Part shown: positions 19,118-29,584 of the stretch, in pieces
Position numbering within the stretch: the first letter of the stretch is position 1
Layout: every line of letters begins with the position of its first letter
Origin: an uncultured Gammaproteobacteria bacterium
GTDB taxonomy: Bacteria > Patescibacteriota > Microgenomatia > Levybacterales > GWA1-39-11
Assembly: GCA_964511305.1 (NCBI GenBank)
Contig: CAZEEU010000001.1
Coordinates: 127,214 to 191,213 of the forward strand
DNA length: 64,000 nt
Reading direction: 5' to 3'
Notes under the pieces: generated by a model
Databases searched by the model: none
Seen by the model: only the letters and a program-made list of their open reading frames with translations
Told to the model about the DNA's origin: nothing
Program-made: the position numbers and the translations under genes

Positions 19118-20404
19118 CTACTTTTGCGTTTTGAGTAAGTAGAGTGAAATACAAAGAAGTCCACCTGTAACTATAATTGAGGAGTAAATGATTTGTCCAA
19201 AATCTGCATGGAATAAATAAATTAAGACTGATTGCAACACTGTTCCTACTAAGAGTATCCAGGCAAAATTTGTCTTTTTTATAGAGAGGAAATAATATCC
19301 AAATAACGAAAGAATCGAGTATAGAGTTATAAAAACACCAAATAGTGGAAGGTACTGACTTATTGCAAGGTACTCCTTATTTTTTAGGAAGAATAATATT
19401 GCAAAATTAGGAAATAAAGCATAAAAGCCAGTAATTGCCAAACATGCTGCACCAACAATCAAAATCGAAAGATATAGTACACCTTTGTAATTCTTTTTAG
19501 ATGCATATCTATTTATCAAAATAGGGAACATAACAGTACTTATGGGAGCGCTTATATAGAAAATTACACGACCAACCAGGGAGAGCCCCGCATATTGACC
19601 TGTTTGGTAGGCGCTGAACAAATGTTTTACCAACAAAATATCATTTGAAATAAAGGCATTTAAGCAAAATATTACAACAGCTGATGGTATACCAAATGAT
19701 ATAAGCTCTTTATAAGAAATGCTTGGTATATTGGCCGATTTGTAAAATATTACATTTCTTAAATAGTAAATCCCAAATATCAACAAAACTAGGCTGGATA
19801 CTACGTATCCCGATATAGCCCCGTACAACCCCCACCCCATAATTACCAGAATGAAAGCAGATCCAACTTTTACAAAAGCCGCAACAGTATTTGAAAAGGA
19901 TAAATACCTAAATGCAAGATTTGCTTGGGCAAAAGAGTTATTGAGGGTTGTTGCGTAAGAAATAAGAACACAAATAATTGCAATGAAAAATAACAGCGGG
20001 TTTTGAATGTTAAAGAATTCCTCTGCTTGTCTTGAAAAAATAAAGAACAATACTAAGAGCAAAATTCCTGAGATGGCAAGTGGCTTGAAAAGTTTTATGT
20101 AGAAAGCATGTAGATGACTCGTATTATTATTTGCAAAATAGTCACCTGCGGCACTAACTACAGTTGGAGTTACAGCCCCTGCAGGTATGGCAAGAAGTGT
20201 TATTAGGGAGACTATGCTTGTAAGAAGTCCATACTCCTCTACCATCAGGTTCCTACTCATTAGTAGGTTGAAAAGAAAATTAAAGAAATTTGCCAACAGA
20301 CCACCAGAAAAAAGGAAAAAGGATCCTGTAAAAAGAGGGTTTTTTAGGGCGTTTTTAATGTGCTTTTGCATATAACTTTTCGTAGGCACTAACCGTACCT
20401 TCAA
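19118..20404 (-). CDS. Wzx/MOP-superfamily oligosaccharide flippase-like polysaccharide biosynthesis protein
   Basis: 428 aa, about 12 hydrophobic helices and no soluble domain, within a GT cluster. The 5' end overlaps the upstream GT4 by ~50 bp, so the true start may be the internal Met at ~20371. Confidence 0.7.
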   Translation of the reverse strand: MKVRLVPTKSYMQKHIKNALKNPLFTGSFFLFSGGLLANFFNFLFNLLMSRNLMVEEYGLLTSIVSLITLLAIPAGAVTPTVVSAAGDYFANNNTSHLHAFYIKLFKPLAISGILLLVLFFIFSRQAEEFFNIQNPLLFFIAIICVLISYATTLNNSFAQANLAFRYLSFSNTVAAFVKVGSAFILVIMGWGLYGAISGYVVSSLVLLIFGIYYLRNVIFYKSANIPSISYKELISFGIPSAVVIFCLNAFISNDILLVKHLFSAYQTGQYAGLSLVGRVIFYISAPISTVMFPILINRYASKKNYKGVLYLSILIVGAACLAITGFYALFPNFAILFFLKNKEYLAISQYLPLFGVFITLYSILSLFGYYFLSIKKTNFAWILLVGTVLQSVLIYLFHADFGQIIYSSIIVTGGLLCISLYLLKTQK

Positions 20405-21419
20405 TCATTTTCTTAATAGAAAATGATTTTGATTGCTCGAGTGCAGCTTCTGAATATTTTTCTCTCAAGGAGACATCTGAAGAAATGGTTTTCATTTTTA
20501 GTGCAATGTCATGATAGTCGTTTTGGTCTACGTAAATGCCAGCGCTCCCAGCAACCTCAGGTAAGCTACCACCATGTGAAACAATAACAGGTGCCCCGCA
20601 ACTCATTCCTTCAAGAACAGGCAGTCCAAAACCTTCATCTATTGAAGGCATGCATACTGCAAGTGCCATGTTATAAAGCAAGACCAAATCATCTTCCGGT
20701 ACAAAACCAGGCTTTATAAATAAATCAGAATTAGTTTCACTCACAACCCACGACCTATCGTTATTCCAAGGGTTTGAAGCATCAAAATCGGACACCAATG
20801 CTTTTCCTACCATAACAATAGGAATCTGAACCTCTTTTATTGCATCAACAAGTCTAGGCAAATTTTTGTTCCAGGTTACATCCCCTACATACAAAAAGAA
20901 TTTTTCAGGCAAATTATATTTCTTGGCGATAGTAAGTCGTTCTGATGCTGATATTTTTTCCTTTCGGAAGCTATCTCCAACTCCTAAAAGAACGCTCTCA
21001 ACCTGATGTCCCTTAACCCCAACAAATTTTATAATATTTTTCTTTGAAGCTTCAGAATCAGCGAGAATAAGATCTGATTGTTTTAAAATCCTTCTATTAA
21101 CTTGCCATGAGATATTGCCTTTAATACCAGCAGGAAAATGTTCAGGGTATGATATTGGAATAAGATCGTGCACAGTAATTACTGTTTTTTTCTTTTTGAA
21201 AATAGGAAATGTTACAAAAAAGGGATCAAGGTACGGATAGTGCACTATATCTGCCTCTTTGCTGTCCTCCTGTATATTAGAACTGAAGATATAGTCATTC
21301 TTTCTGTCATATTTCTCAAGATTATCTTTTAGAAGGCCTATATACATTCCTACACCACGAACTTTATGCTGACTTTTTGTCTGAGAACTAATCGGGGAAA
21401 CATCTACAGCAATTTTCAT
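20355..21419 (-). CDS. Glycosyltransferase family 4
   Basis: 354 aa with 'PSIDEGFGLPVLEGMSCGAPVIVSHGGSLPEV', the EX7E motif. Confidence 0.85.
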   Translation of the reverse strand: MKIAVDVSPISSQTKSQHKVRGVGMYIGLLKDNLEKYDRKNDYIFSSNIQEDSKEADIVHYPYLDPFFVTFPIFKKKKTVITVHDLIPISYPEHFPAGIKGNISWQVNRRILKQSDLILADSEASKKNIIKFVGVKGHQVESVLLGVGDSFRKEKISASERLTIAKKYNLPEKFFLYVGDVTWNKNLPRLVDAIKEVQIPIVMVGKALVSDFDASNPWNNDRSWVVSETNSDLFIKPGFVPEDDLVLLYNMALAVCMPSIDEGFGLPVLEGMSCGAPVIVSHGGSLPEVAGSAGIYVDQNDYHDIALKMKTISSDVSLREKYSEAALEQSKSFSIKKMIEGTVSAYEKLYAKAH

Positions 21420-21452
21420 ATAAATCTAAAAATAAAAACTTAAAACAAAAAA

Positions 21453-21818
21453 CTATATTACTTTATTTTTCCAATACTTAAGTAAACCGATCAATTGTCT
21501 ACTTACCTCTATAGTTTTATCATGAACTGATGTGTAAGTATTTTCGTCAATATAATTGAGGTCCTTTGAAAGTAAAAGATGATACTTTGTTTCTTCAAGA
21601 GATCCATTTGCGATATAAAGAAATTCGATAAATTCTTTTCTGTGACCTCTCGAATTTCCCTCAATTATATTTGTTGTAACCGATGAGGCTGATCTTCTTA
21701 TTTGACTTACCAAACCAAACCTCTCATCGATAGGAAACATGGAGGAAACTTTGTATACATCCAGGACGAGTTCATGTGCAACTTTAAATATTGGGAGTGT
21801 TGTAAATTTATCAACCAT
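21453..21818 (-). CDS. Four-helix-bundle protein (23S rRNA intervening-sequence protein family)
   Basis: 121 aa: '…FKVAHELVLDVYKVSSMFPIDERFGLVSQIRRSASSVTTNIIEG…EFIEFLYIANGSLEETKYHLLLSKDL…'. I recognise this as the typical sequence of the family, in a free-standing copy. Confidence 0.7.
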   Translation of the reverse strand: MVDKFTTLPIFKVAHELVLDVYKVSSMFPIDERFGLVSQIRRSASSVTTNIIEGNSRGHRKEFIEFLYIANGSLEETKYHLLLSKDLNYIDENTYTSVHDKTIEVSRQLIGLLKYWKNKVI

Positions 21819-21836
21819 GCGTGGACTTTTTAGTTT

Positions 21837-22820
21837 TTAGTTATCTGTTTTATTGCTCTTGCTGTGCCAAGCGTATGCACTCCTCACAATCGTTGAAAGA
21901 TCTGAATATCGAGGCTCAAAATGTAATTCATTTGTAATGCGACTTACATCAGCAACCAGAGTGTCAGCGTCTCCCGGTCTTCTCTCCTCATATCTAACTT
22001 TCAACTCAAGGCCGGTTACATCCTGAATTGTTTGTGCGATTTCTTTATTGCTTTTGCCCCTTCCCGTTCCAACATTGTACGTATACCCTCCCGGGTTCTC
22101 TATGATTTTTTGAAGCGCTAAGACATGGGCTTCAACAAGATCTAATACGTGGATATAATCTCTTACACAGGTACCGTCTGGTGTGCTGTAATCATTTCCA
22201 TATATAACAAACTCTTTTCCTTCGCGCGCAGACTTAAGCGCAATAGGAATTATATGCGTTTCGGGCATATGTTCTTCTCCAAGACTCCCATCCATCATAG
22301 CTCCACAAGCATTAAAGTACCGAAGAACAGCATAGTTAAGCCCGTATATCGTTTTATGCCAAAAAAGCATCCGCTCAACCATCAATTTGCTCTCACCATA
22401 TGGGTTTGTAGGAACCTTTCGATCATCCTCTTGTATAGGTACCCGCTCTGGGTTACCGTAAACTCCTGCTGTTGATGAGAAAATGATATTCTTTACGCCA
22501 ATTTCATGTAGGCTATCGAGGAACATTTGTGTTTGGTGAGTATTTTGTTCAAAATAAAGTCCAGGATTTTCCATGGATTCCTTCATTGATATGTAGGCTG
22601 CAAAATGAATTACAGCTTCAAATTTATTTTCGGATGAAATTTTAGAAAGTAATTCTCGATCTCCTACCTTACCTCGGTAAAACGGTACATTCTCAGGAAC
22701 TACATGTTCATTTCCGCGCTCCAAGCTATCAAGAACAATTGGTTCGTATCCTTTTTCTAAAAGAGCACGAACCATAAAACTGCCTATATATCCTGCTCCA
22801 CCTGTAACTAATATTTTCAT
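21837..22820 (-). CDS. galE: UDP-glucose 4-epimerase
   Basis: 327 aa with 'MKILVTGGAGYIGS', '…YGESKLMVERML…' (YxxxK) and a GalE-like length. Confidence 0.9.
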   Translation of the reverse strand: MKILVTGGAGYIGSFMVRALLEKGYEPIVLDSLERGNEHVVPENVPFYRGKVGDRELLSKISSENKFEAVIHFAAYISMKESMENPGLYFEQNTHQTQMFLDSLHEIGVKNIIFSSTAGVYGNPERVPIQEDDRKVPTNPYGESKLMVERMLFWHKTIYGLNYAVLRYFNACGAMMDGSLGEEHMPETHIIPIALKSAREGKEFVIYGNDYSTPDGTCVRDYIHVLDLVEAHVLALQKIIENPGGYTYNVGTGRGKSNKEIAQTIQDVTGLELKVRYEERRPGDADTLVADVSRITNELHFEPRYSDLSTIVRSAYAWHSKSNKTDN

Positions 22821-22837
22821 ATATCTATTCTACCAAT

Positions 22838-24376
22838 TTATGGCTGCTCATTGAACCACCATCTTGTCGTTGTATCAGAAATTAGCCTCAAGGAATGTTT
22901 TTGCCAGTGCATCGCGCTTATAGAAGCACTACTGTGACTTGAGAGGTCTATCATATCAGTCCCGTTTATTCGAGTGAAATTCGCCTGCTTTATTTCAAAA
23001 TCAGGAACATGGCGCACGCCAGTTGGGTAGCAATTCTCATTTTCAAAACCTACCGGTCGTCCTTTATCTGAGAGCAATTTATGGCTATCCAGTAGAAAAA
23101 GGATCGAATGAGACTCTGAAGAGTAATACGTATTGCCTGGTCCAGGGCAAAGGAATAACTTAAATTTTTCGTTAGGGTACTGAGCAATTAGATGCTGTTC
23201 TGTCTCATACATTTGTACAGTAAATTTATCCTTTGTTAGGAGGGGAATTATTCTAGGAATATTAAAAATTAAAAGCGTAACAACAACTAGCAACAGATAT
23301 AGTTTTTTTATAGTACCTTTCTTGACTAACTGATAAAAATAGAAAATGACGTATCCTTCAAATATTAATATAAAAGGCCTAATATAGTTAAGGTAACCAA
23401 AGAATCGCTCACCCCAGTAGTATCTTAGAAGAATAAAGTTAAATACAAAAGCTATTACCAATACCAACAACTCTTTTGATACTTTTCGCTTATATATGCT
23501 GTATCCAAAAATCCCTCCAAAAATAATCATTACAATTGCGCCAACCAACCCAGGAATGCCTGTTACTTCTTCTATGTATGAAGGCCAAAAATCTCGTACG
23601 TAAAATAGCCACCTGTTGGGGACATAAATTAACTTTTTCCCTTCCGTGTAGTAATACAAAATATTTCTAAAATTAAACCAATGATTATTTAAATCGAAAA
23701 AGATCATGGGCAAGAAAGTTACAAACAGGCCAGCTCCTATACATAGAATGTTAATGTACCTTTTCGGCTTAAAGACTAATAACAATAAAGGAAGGATCAT
23801 AAGACCCATCATTTGATAGTGAATATTTATTGCTATACCTAACGAGGCCCCAAGAGCAAACCCCCACCAATATGAATGATTTTTACGAATAAGCTTAATA
23901 AATATATAGATGGAAAGAAAAGCAAAAAGATTTGATAGATTAGGATTTGTTAAATGAGTTCCTGAAAGAATAAGGGATGCTGATATTGCTCCCAAAAAGG
24001 CAAGTATTATTCCAAACTTTTTGTCAAAAAACTCTCCTATTTTGTAGAGCAGAAAAATGCATAAAACCGATGCGATGCTTAAATAAATCCACGGAGCATA
24101 AGGCACTTGAAAAACTATTCTTGCCAAAGCAAGTTGGTAGTAATACCAAGGGCCAAAAGTAAAGGGACCTGCGGAAGAGAATGGCCCAACAAGGGGAAGC
24201 TGCAGGTCTCGCGCACCAATGGTCGCAACAGCGGCATCCCTAATCGGTTCATCACTTAAGTTATACCTGAACGGATAGTTATAAAATCTTAAAATAAGTG
24301 CTACTACTATAAATAATGATAGACAATACTTCTCCCAGTTTTTCAAAATATGAATTCGCACTTTTTGAATATTCAT
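22838..24376 (-). CDS. GT-C glycosyltransferase, ArnT/PMT_2-like (subfamily B)
   Basis: The first-loop acidic motif 'YNLSDEPIRDAAVATIGARDLQLPLVGPFSSAGPFTFGPWYYYQLA' matches paralogs at 26815 and 28070, followed by more than 10 TM helices. The track ORF extends to 24454, but the ATG at 24376 overlaps the upstream stop as ATGA and is the more likely start. Confidence 0.75.
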   Translation of the reverse strand: MNIQKVRIHILKNWEKYCLSLFIVVALILRFYNYPFRYNLSDEPIRDAAVATIGARDLQLPLVGPFSSAGPFTFGPWYYYQLALARIVFQVPYAPWIYLSIASVLCIFLLYKIGEFFDKKFGIILAFLGAISASLILSGTHLTNPNLSNLFAFLSIYIFIKLIRKNHSYWWGFALGASLGIAINIHYQMMGLMILPLLLLVFKPKRYINILCIGAGLFVTFLPMIFFDLNNHWFNFRNILYYYTEGKKLIYVPNRWLFYVRDFWPSYIEEVTGIPGLVGAIVMIIFGGIFGYSIYKRKVSKELLVLVIAFVFNFILLRYYWGERFFGYLNYIRPFILIFEGYVIFYFYQLVKKGTIKKLYLLLVVVTLLIFNIPRIIPLLTKDKFTVQMYETEQHLIAQYPNEKFKLFLCPGPGNTYYSSESHSILFLLDSHKLLSDKGRPVGFENENCYPTGVRHVPDFEIKQANFTRINGTDMIDLSSHSSASISAMHWQKHSLRLISDTTTRWWFNEQP

Positions 24377-25146
24377 ATTTTTTTCCCTAAATATAGGTAA
24401 TAAGAAACAGGAAATCTGAGAGCAGACATTAAAGCAAAAACAAATCCTTGCCATCCATCCATAAAACCCTTGTGACGCCCGTATGCTGTAAGCATCCAGT
24501 GTGCCGGTTTTGCTAAGACATATCCAACACCTAGAACAAATTGCTGTAAGACATTTTTTCCCTTCATATCATCTTTAATCTGTTGAGCCAAAAGATGGTT
24601 ATATCTCATCCATTTTTTACGATAAAATGCAAAGTCTTTATAGGGGTAATGCAGCAAAGCCTCCTTTAAGTATCCGACTTTTCCTTCTATCACTGCCTGC
24701 TCGTGCACATCTTTTTGAGGCAAATGTCCTCTGCCATTTCGATATAGCCTAACAGTATAGTCAGGATATTGCCCCCCCTTCAACAAAAATCTTCCAAGGA
24801 AATAATTTTTCCGGGGCATCCAAAAGCCATTCTCCTCTGGGTCTTTTGAAATAATCTTTTTTATTTCCGAAGAAAGCTCTTCGGAAACTACTTCGTCAGC
24901 ATCCATTTGTAATATCCAGTCTCCAGTTGCTCGATCAATGGCCTTCTGCTTGTTGATGTGAAAATTTGTAGGATTGGTTGTAACAAGCACCTTTGCACCA
25001 AATGCCTTAGCAATTTCAACCGTTTTATCTTTAGATGTTCCATCCACTATCACTATTTCAGAAGCTAAAGATTTGACTGATTCTAAGCATCTTGGAAGAT
25101 TCTCTTCTTCGTTATATGTCGCCAAAACAACAGAAATTTTTTTCAT
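24373..25146 (-). CDS. Glycosyltransferase family 2 (WaaE/KdtX-like subfamily)
   Basis: 'ISVVLATYNEEENLPRCLESV…IVIVDGTSKDKT…WILQMDADEVVS'. Paralogous to 41405..42157 and 47062..47961. Confidence 0.85.
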   Translation of the reverse strand: MKKISVVLATYNEEENLPRCLESVKSLASEIVIVDGTSKDKTVEIAKAFGAKVLVTTNPTNFHINKQKAIDRATGDWILQMDADEVVSEELSSEIKKIISKDPEENGFWMPRKNYFLGRFLLKGGQYPDYTVRLYRNGRGHLPQKDVHEQAVIEGKVGYLKEALLHYPYKDFAFYRKKWMRYNHLLAQQIKDDMKGKNVLQQFVLGVGYVLAKPAHWMLTAYGRHKGFMDGWQGFVFALMSALRFPVSYYLYLGKKI

Positions 25147-25170
25147 GTATTAAATTTATCTTATCACGTA

Positions 25171-26814
25171 TTACCTCTCAACTACCTCAATAACCCTATC
25201 ACCATTGAGATTTTTAATTTCTTTAAGTATATTCCCTTTTTTGTATTCAGTAGGGTCAATCACCATAAGGATCCCATCTACTTTTACTTCTTGTGGATTA
25301 GTAAAAGATATATTGTTGATTAGATGATCATAATTAAGCCAACCCGATACAGAGCCTCCATTTTTTTGATATGTGACAGGATCGTATTTTTTATAAAAGA
25401 GATAGAACATGTAGCTTGCTGTGAGGTATCCTCGATTTGAGATTATTATTTTTTTCTGTTTGTTTTTTAAAGAATCCAAATACTCAAAAGACTGAATAAC
25501 TCCATATTGAAATTGGCTAGAATACTTCTGCGGAAAAACATTGAAATACGAAAGATAAAATTGGGAAATACTGATTGTAAAAATCAGGCATACAAAAGAT
25601 GCTAAGCCCACAATGAATGCTTTGTTTTTCTTTTTATATTGCTTTATAAGTCCAAGACTAGTACCTGATAGAAGAGATAGTACTCCAATTGTTGCAAATG
25701 AACGCATAGGCTGAGGTGCACCTGTCGTTAGGGCGCTAGGAAGAATACCTATCACATACCATGCAAAAAGGAACGTAAGCCATTTCCACTTTCTCTTTAA
25801 AACAAAAAAAGTGATCCCTCCAATCAGCAAAGGCAGCTCCATCAAATACATAAGTCCAAATCCAGGTATTCGAAACTGCCCATTCTCAGCACTTTTATAT
25901 AAAAATTCAAAAGTAAAATGGGAAAGAAAAGATTGAATGAAAATTACAATTGGCACTACGTTCCTGTTATATAAAATGATATTTACATAATCACTATTCT
26001 TTTTGTACTCAATTAATTTTTGAGCATTTTGATACCCTACTTCGAACGGAATATTAAAAACATTAGTTGCCTTAAATCGAAGCATTGCTTCCGGCTGAAG
26101 CGAGACCAATAAAATTGGCGAAATGACAGCAAGACCAACAAGTGATGCTACTAAAAATTTCTTCCAGTTATTCTTTACTAGTTTAAAATAACAGACGAAT
26201 AAAAGTATGAGAAATAATGGTATAAAAATTTTGCCACTTTGATACGCGTCAAATGAAAGAGCTAGAAATAATGATGACAGAACTAATTGCACCATGCTAA
26301 CTTGCTTTTTTTTAATCGAATTAAGAAAAAGGCCTAGACCAATGATAAAAAAAGATTGAAAGGCGTTAACTTCGTGACCAAGACGAGAAATATAGATATG
26401 CCATGGAGATATAGCCAATAGGAAAACAGGCATCAATGAAAGTGCTTCTGGCTTTGATACGCCAACTTCTTTAAAAATTCTTCGGGACGCAATATAGAAA
26501 AACAAAAGCGAAACAGTGGAAAGAATAACTGAAGGCATCCTCACAGCAGCTACAGTTAAATCTAACATCCACACAAATGGTATTACTAAATACACGTATA
26601 GTGCTGGCCTATAATCGTCGTATGCTCTTAATAATATTGGCCAACGATTGCCGAATTCATCTTTTCCCGTATGTAAAATCGAATAAGCATTATATCCAAT
26701 GGTTGCTTCGTCAAGAGATGGATGGGGAGGAATAGAATCAATTCTGTATACTCTCAGGAAAAGTCCAAAGAGAATAATAAAACATAGGAAAAAAATAACT
26801 GTTCTTTTATACAT
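25171..26814 (-). CDS. GT-C glycosyltransferase, GT39/ArnT-PMT-like (subfamily A)
   Basis: '…SLDEATIGYNAYSILHTGKDEFGNRWPILLRAYDDYRPALYVYLVIPFV…', i.e. the DE loop motif plus a 'KPPLYxYL'-type motif, then more than 10 TMs. 547 aa. Confidence 0.85.
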   Translation of the reverse strand: MYKRTVIFFLCFIILFGLFLRVYRIDSIPPHPSLDEATIGYNAYSILHTGKDEFGNRWPILLRAYDDYRPALYVYLVIPFVWMLDLTVAAVRMPSVILSTVSLLFFYIASRRIFKEVGVSKPEALSLMPVFLLAISPWHIYISRLGHEVNAFQSFFIIGLGLFLNSIKKKQVSMVQLVLSSLFLALSFDAYQSGKIFIPLFLILLFVCYFKLVKNNWKKFLVASLVGLAVISPILLVSLQPEAMLRFKATNVFNIPFEVGYQNAQKLIEYKKNSDYVNIILYNRNVVPIVIFIQSFLSHFTFEFLYKSAENGQFRIPGFGLMYLMELPLLIGGITFFVLKRKWKWLTFLFAWYVIGILPSALTTGAPQPMRSFATIGVLSLLSGTSLGLIKQYKKKNKAFIVGLASFVCLIFTISISQFYLSYFNVFPQKYSSQFQYGVIQSFEYLDSLKNKQKKIIISNRGYLTASYMFYLFYKKYDPVTYQKNGGSVSGWLNYDHLINNISFTNPQEVKVDGILMVIDPTEYKKGNILKEIKNLNGDRVIEVVER

Positions 26815-28089
26815 TTAATGCTTTAACGTTGTATATAAATAATACAAATACGATTGGGGATCACCCTGAACAAATTCAATTTTTTCACCTTTTGCCATTT
26901 TATCTTTAACTATTTTTTTATGCATTGACAAACTTTGTGGCCCTTGATCGATAAAAATGATAGTGTTTATGTAAATATAGTAAATTCCAACAATTCCTAA
27001 AAGACAATACACATAGATTTTCTTTGTATTTATCAATCGAAGAATGATGTAAGAAAATATTAAAATCGCAATTGGCCTAGTAATGGCAAAGTAATAATTA
27101 GTCAACTCTCCTGAATATGTTGAGAATGCAAACCATGGAACAACAATCCATATGAGTGATAAATAAAGGAACAATACATTTTTTCTCTCAATTTTCCCTT
27201 TCAAAAATAAATAGACTGCAATTGGAATAGATGCAAAAGAAACAAAATGAGCATAAGGTATAGTCAAAATCGAATTGAATTCTATAACCGCGTCTTTTAT
27301 TAACTGAGCAACACGCCTAAGATGAAATCCATGAAACGTACTTCCTAAATATGTAGTTGCAGTAGCTGCCTGCTTCGTCAAAATGTAGTTGAGAATGATT
27401 GGAAATACGAAGAAGATAAAAATTGGAACTGATATAAGAAATGGTTTTAACAATTTTTTTGTCCTTGGAAAAAAAGGCAATGCAAGTAAGATTAAAAGTC
27501 CATAAAAGACAGAGGTAAAGTGAATATGTAGCGAAAAACCGACAGACGCCGCTAAAAGAATTAAGTATTTTGGCTTATTGTTGAGAATTTGATATAGACT
27601 AAAAAGCACAAGAAAAGAAATCGGAACTATAAAATCAACTGGCCACTGGACCCGATCAAGAATCAATATATATGATGAAAAGGTATTAATAAAAATTGCT
27701 ATAAGTGCAGCCTTTTCTCCAAACATACTTTTGGTCACAAAATATACAACAAAGAATGTGAAGATAGAGACAACCAAGGCTGCTATTGGAGAAGCGATTG
27801 GGTCCATTGCTGTTACGAAATAAAATGGGGCAAGAAAGTAATAATAATATGGTCCAATATAAAATCCTGTGTTACCCTTTGCCTGCATTCCTACAAGAGG
27901 CAGCTTCCCATCTATTAAAATGTCTTTTGCTGCCCATGCATTATCTACTTGGTCATACCCAAATCCGCTTTTAGTTTCGGGCATGATAAATCTTGTAACA
28001 ATAAGCACTAAAAAAAGAACACAAAATAATAAAAGGTATAACTTACTTGAAAAATATTTTTTGATTAATTTATTGGCTTTCTTTTTCAT
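26815..28089 (-). CDS. GT-C glycosyltransferase, ArnT/PMT_2-like (subfamily B)
   Basis: 424 aa: '…FGYDQVDNAWAAKDILIDGKLPLVGMQAKGNTGFYIGPYYYYFLAPFYFV…', multi-TM. Confidence 0.75.
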   Translation of the reverse strand: MKKKANKLIKKYFSSKLYLLLFCVLFLVLIVTRFIMPETKSGFGYDQVDNAWAAKDILIDGKLPLVGMQAKGNTGFYIGPYYYYFLAPFYFVTAMDPIASPIAALVVSIFTFFVVYFVTKSMFGEKAALIAIFINTFSSYILILDRVQWPVDFIVPISFLVLFSLYQILNNKPKYLILLAASVGFSLHIHFTSVFYGLLILLALPFFPRTKKLLKPFLISVPIFIFFVFPIILNYILTKQAATATTYLGSTFHGFHLRRVAQLIKDAVIEFNSILTIPYAHFVSFASIPIAVYLFLKGKIERKNVLFLYLSLIWIVVPWFAFSTYSGELTNYYFAITRPIAILIFSYIILRLINTKKIYVYCLLGIVGIYYIYINTIIFIDQGPQSLSMHKKIVKDKMAKGEKIEFVQGDPQSYLYYLYTTLKH

Positions 28090-29584
28090 AGGATCTTTTT
28101 TGGATAATTACACCACTGGGCCTTTTAATAGTACTCACTACTTTACCATCTTTTATCACAGTCTGAAGCCAACCCTCATATGACCATGGCTTGTAAGGGT
28201 CAACTTCTATTATAAGATATGTTACTTTCTTCTTTTCATATGGCGGTATGTACCCATACTTTTGTTTTCCTCTCCAATAAAATAGGTAGTCGTATGGATA
28301 TGTATATACAGGCGGGTTAAATATGAGCACTCCAAAGTCTTTTGACTTAGCATCCTTATATACATAGTCAACCGCATCAAGCTTACCCTTTATTTTTGCG
28401 TCTCCTCCGTAGTCAGCTATGTCATAGGTAATCATTTTGAAAAACTTTGGAACAGATAGCAGCACGCTCACTGTTAGCAGTAAAACAAATGGTAGTAATG
28501 CGTACTGACGAATTATAGTTTTTAGTTTGATTTTTTGAAGTATAAAAACGAAAAGAATATTGTAAGCAACAACCAGGTGAAATAAATAATATTGATAAAC
28601 TGTATTTCTGAGCATGAATAACGATAGGAATGTTACTAAAGGCAACAATAGTAAATAAATAATGAATGAATCAACTTTTTTGTTTTTATATAACGAGTAC
28701 ATAAGTGCAATCAAAAATGTAGTCAAAAATAAAAGAGCTGGGATGTTGTCATGAAAAGGGAGCGAATCAACAACATTAAAAAGAAAACTTCCTAAATGGT
28801 CAATTTGATAGGTTAGGATATTGGCACTTTCATTTCTTCCAGGTGTTTTTATATATGAAATTACCCCATGAATAGCCATAAAATTATGCTTAATCTCAAA
28901 AATGATCATAGGAAGTGCTGCTGTAATAAATCCCGAAAATATTAAAGCGTAGTACTTTACAGATTTCTCTTTAAGAACAAGAATCGAATAAACCAGAAGA
29001 GTAATTACTAGAGGCACTGCAATTGCAAATTCGAAATGATAAACAAGAGCTGAGAAAAATGCAGATAAAAATACCCAAATCTTTTTTTCACGAATTCTTA
29101 CAATACAATAAAATGCAATCAAAGAAAAAAGGGTTGAAGGATACGGACTCCAAATAAACCTTGATTGTGCAATGAGTGGCGGTGAAATTGCCAACAATGA
29201 AGTAAGAACTATGGCCCAGTTAGTCGTAAATAATCTTTTCCCAAGAAGAAATGACACTCCCAGAGCACATAGCCCAAAGAAAAACATCAGAACAACACCC
29301 CCATATGGATCTCCACGAAAAAGAACATATGGTATGGCCAGCAAATAATAATAAAGAGGTCCATGGAATATACCTTGAAAACCGGCCGAGCCGGCACCCA
29401 GTGGCGTGCCTATGAGGCGTAGATCGTGATAATCAACTATATCCCTTGTCATCAAGTACTCTCGTCCGTGATCAAATCCAAATATATAATTACCGTTTAA
29501 AATTTCTATTCCACGACTTAATATGCCAATTGTTAGGCATACTGCAAAAAAAGCAACTAAAGCTATTTTTTTAAAGTTCTTCAT
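28070..29584 (-). CDS. GT-C glycosyltransferase, ArnT/PMT_2-like (subfamily B)
   Basis: 504 aa: '…FGFDHGREYLMTRDIVDYHDLRLIGTPLGAGSAGFQGIFHGPLYYYLLAIPYV…', multi-TM. Confidence 0.75.
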   Translation of the reverse strand: MKNFKKIALVAFFAVCLTIGILSRGIEILNGNYIFGFDHGREYLMTRDIVDYHDLRLIGTPLGAGSAGFQGIFHGPLYYYLLAIPYVLFRGDPYGGVVLMFFFGLCALGVSFLLGKRLFTTNWAIVLTSLLAISPPLIAQSRFIWSPYPSTLFSLIAFYCIVRIREKKIWVFLSAFFSALVYHFEFAIAVPLVITLLVYSILVLKEKSVKYYALIFSGFITAALPMIIFEIKHNFMAIHGVISYIKTPGRNESANILTYQIDHLGSFLFNVVDSLPFHDNIPALLFLTTFLIALMYSLYKNKKVDSFIIYLLLLPLVTFLSLFMLRNTVYQYYLFHLVVAYNILFVFILQKIKLKTIIRQYALLPFVLLLTVSVLLSVPKFFKMITYDIADYGGDAKIKGKLDAVDYVYKDAKSKDFGVLIFNPPVYTYPYDYLFYWRGKQKYGYIPPYEKKKVTYLIIEVDPYKPWSYEGWLQTVIKDGKVVSTIKRPSGVIIQKRSYEKESQ

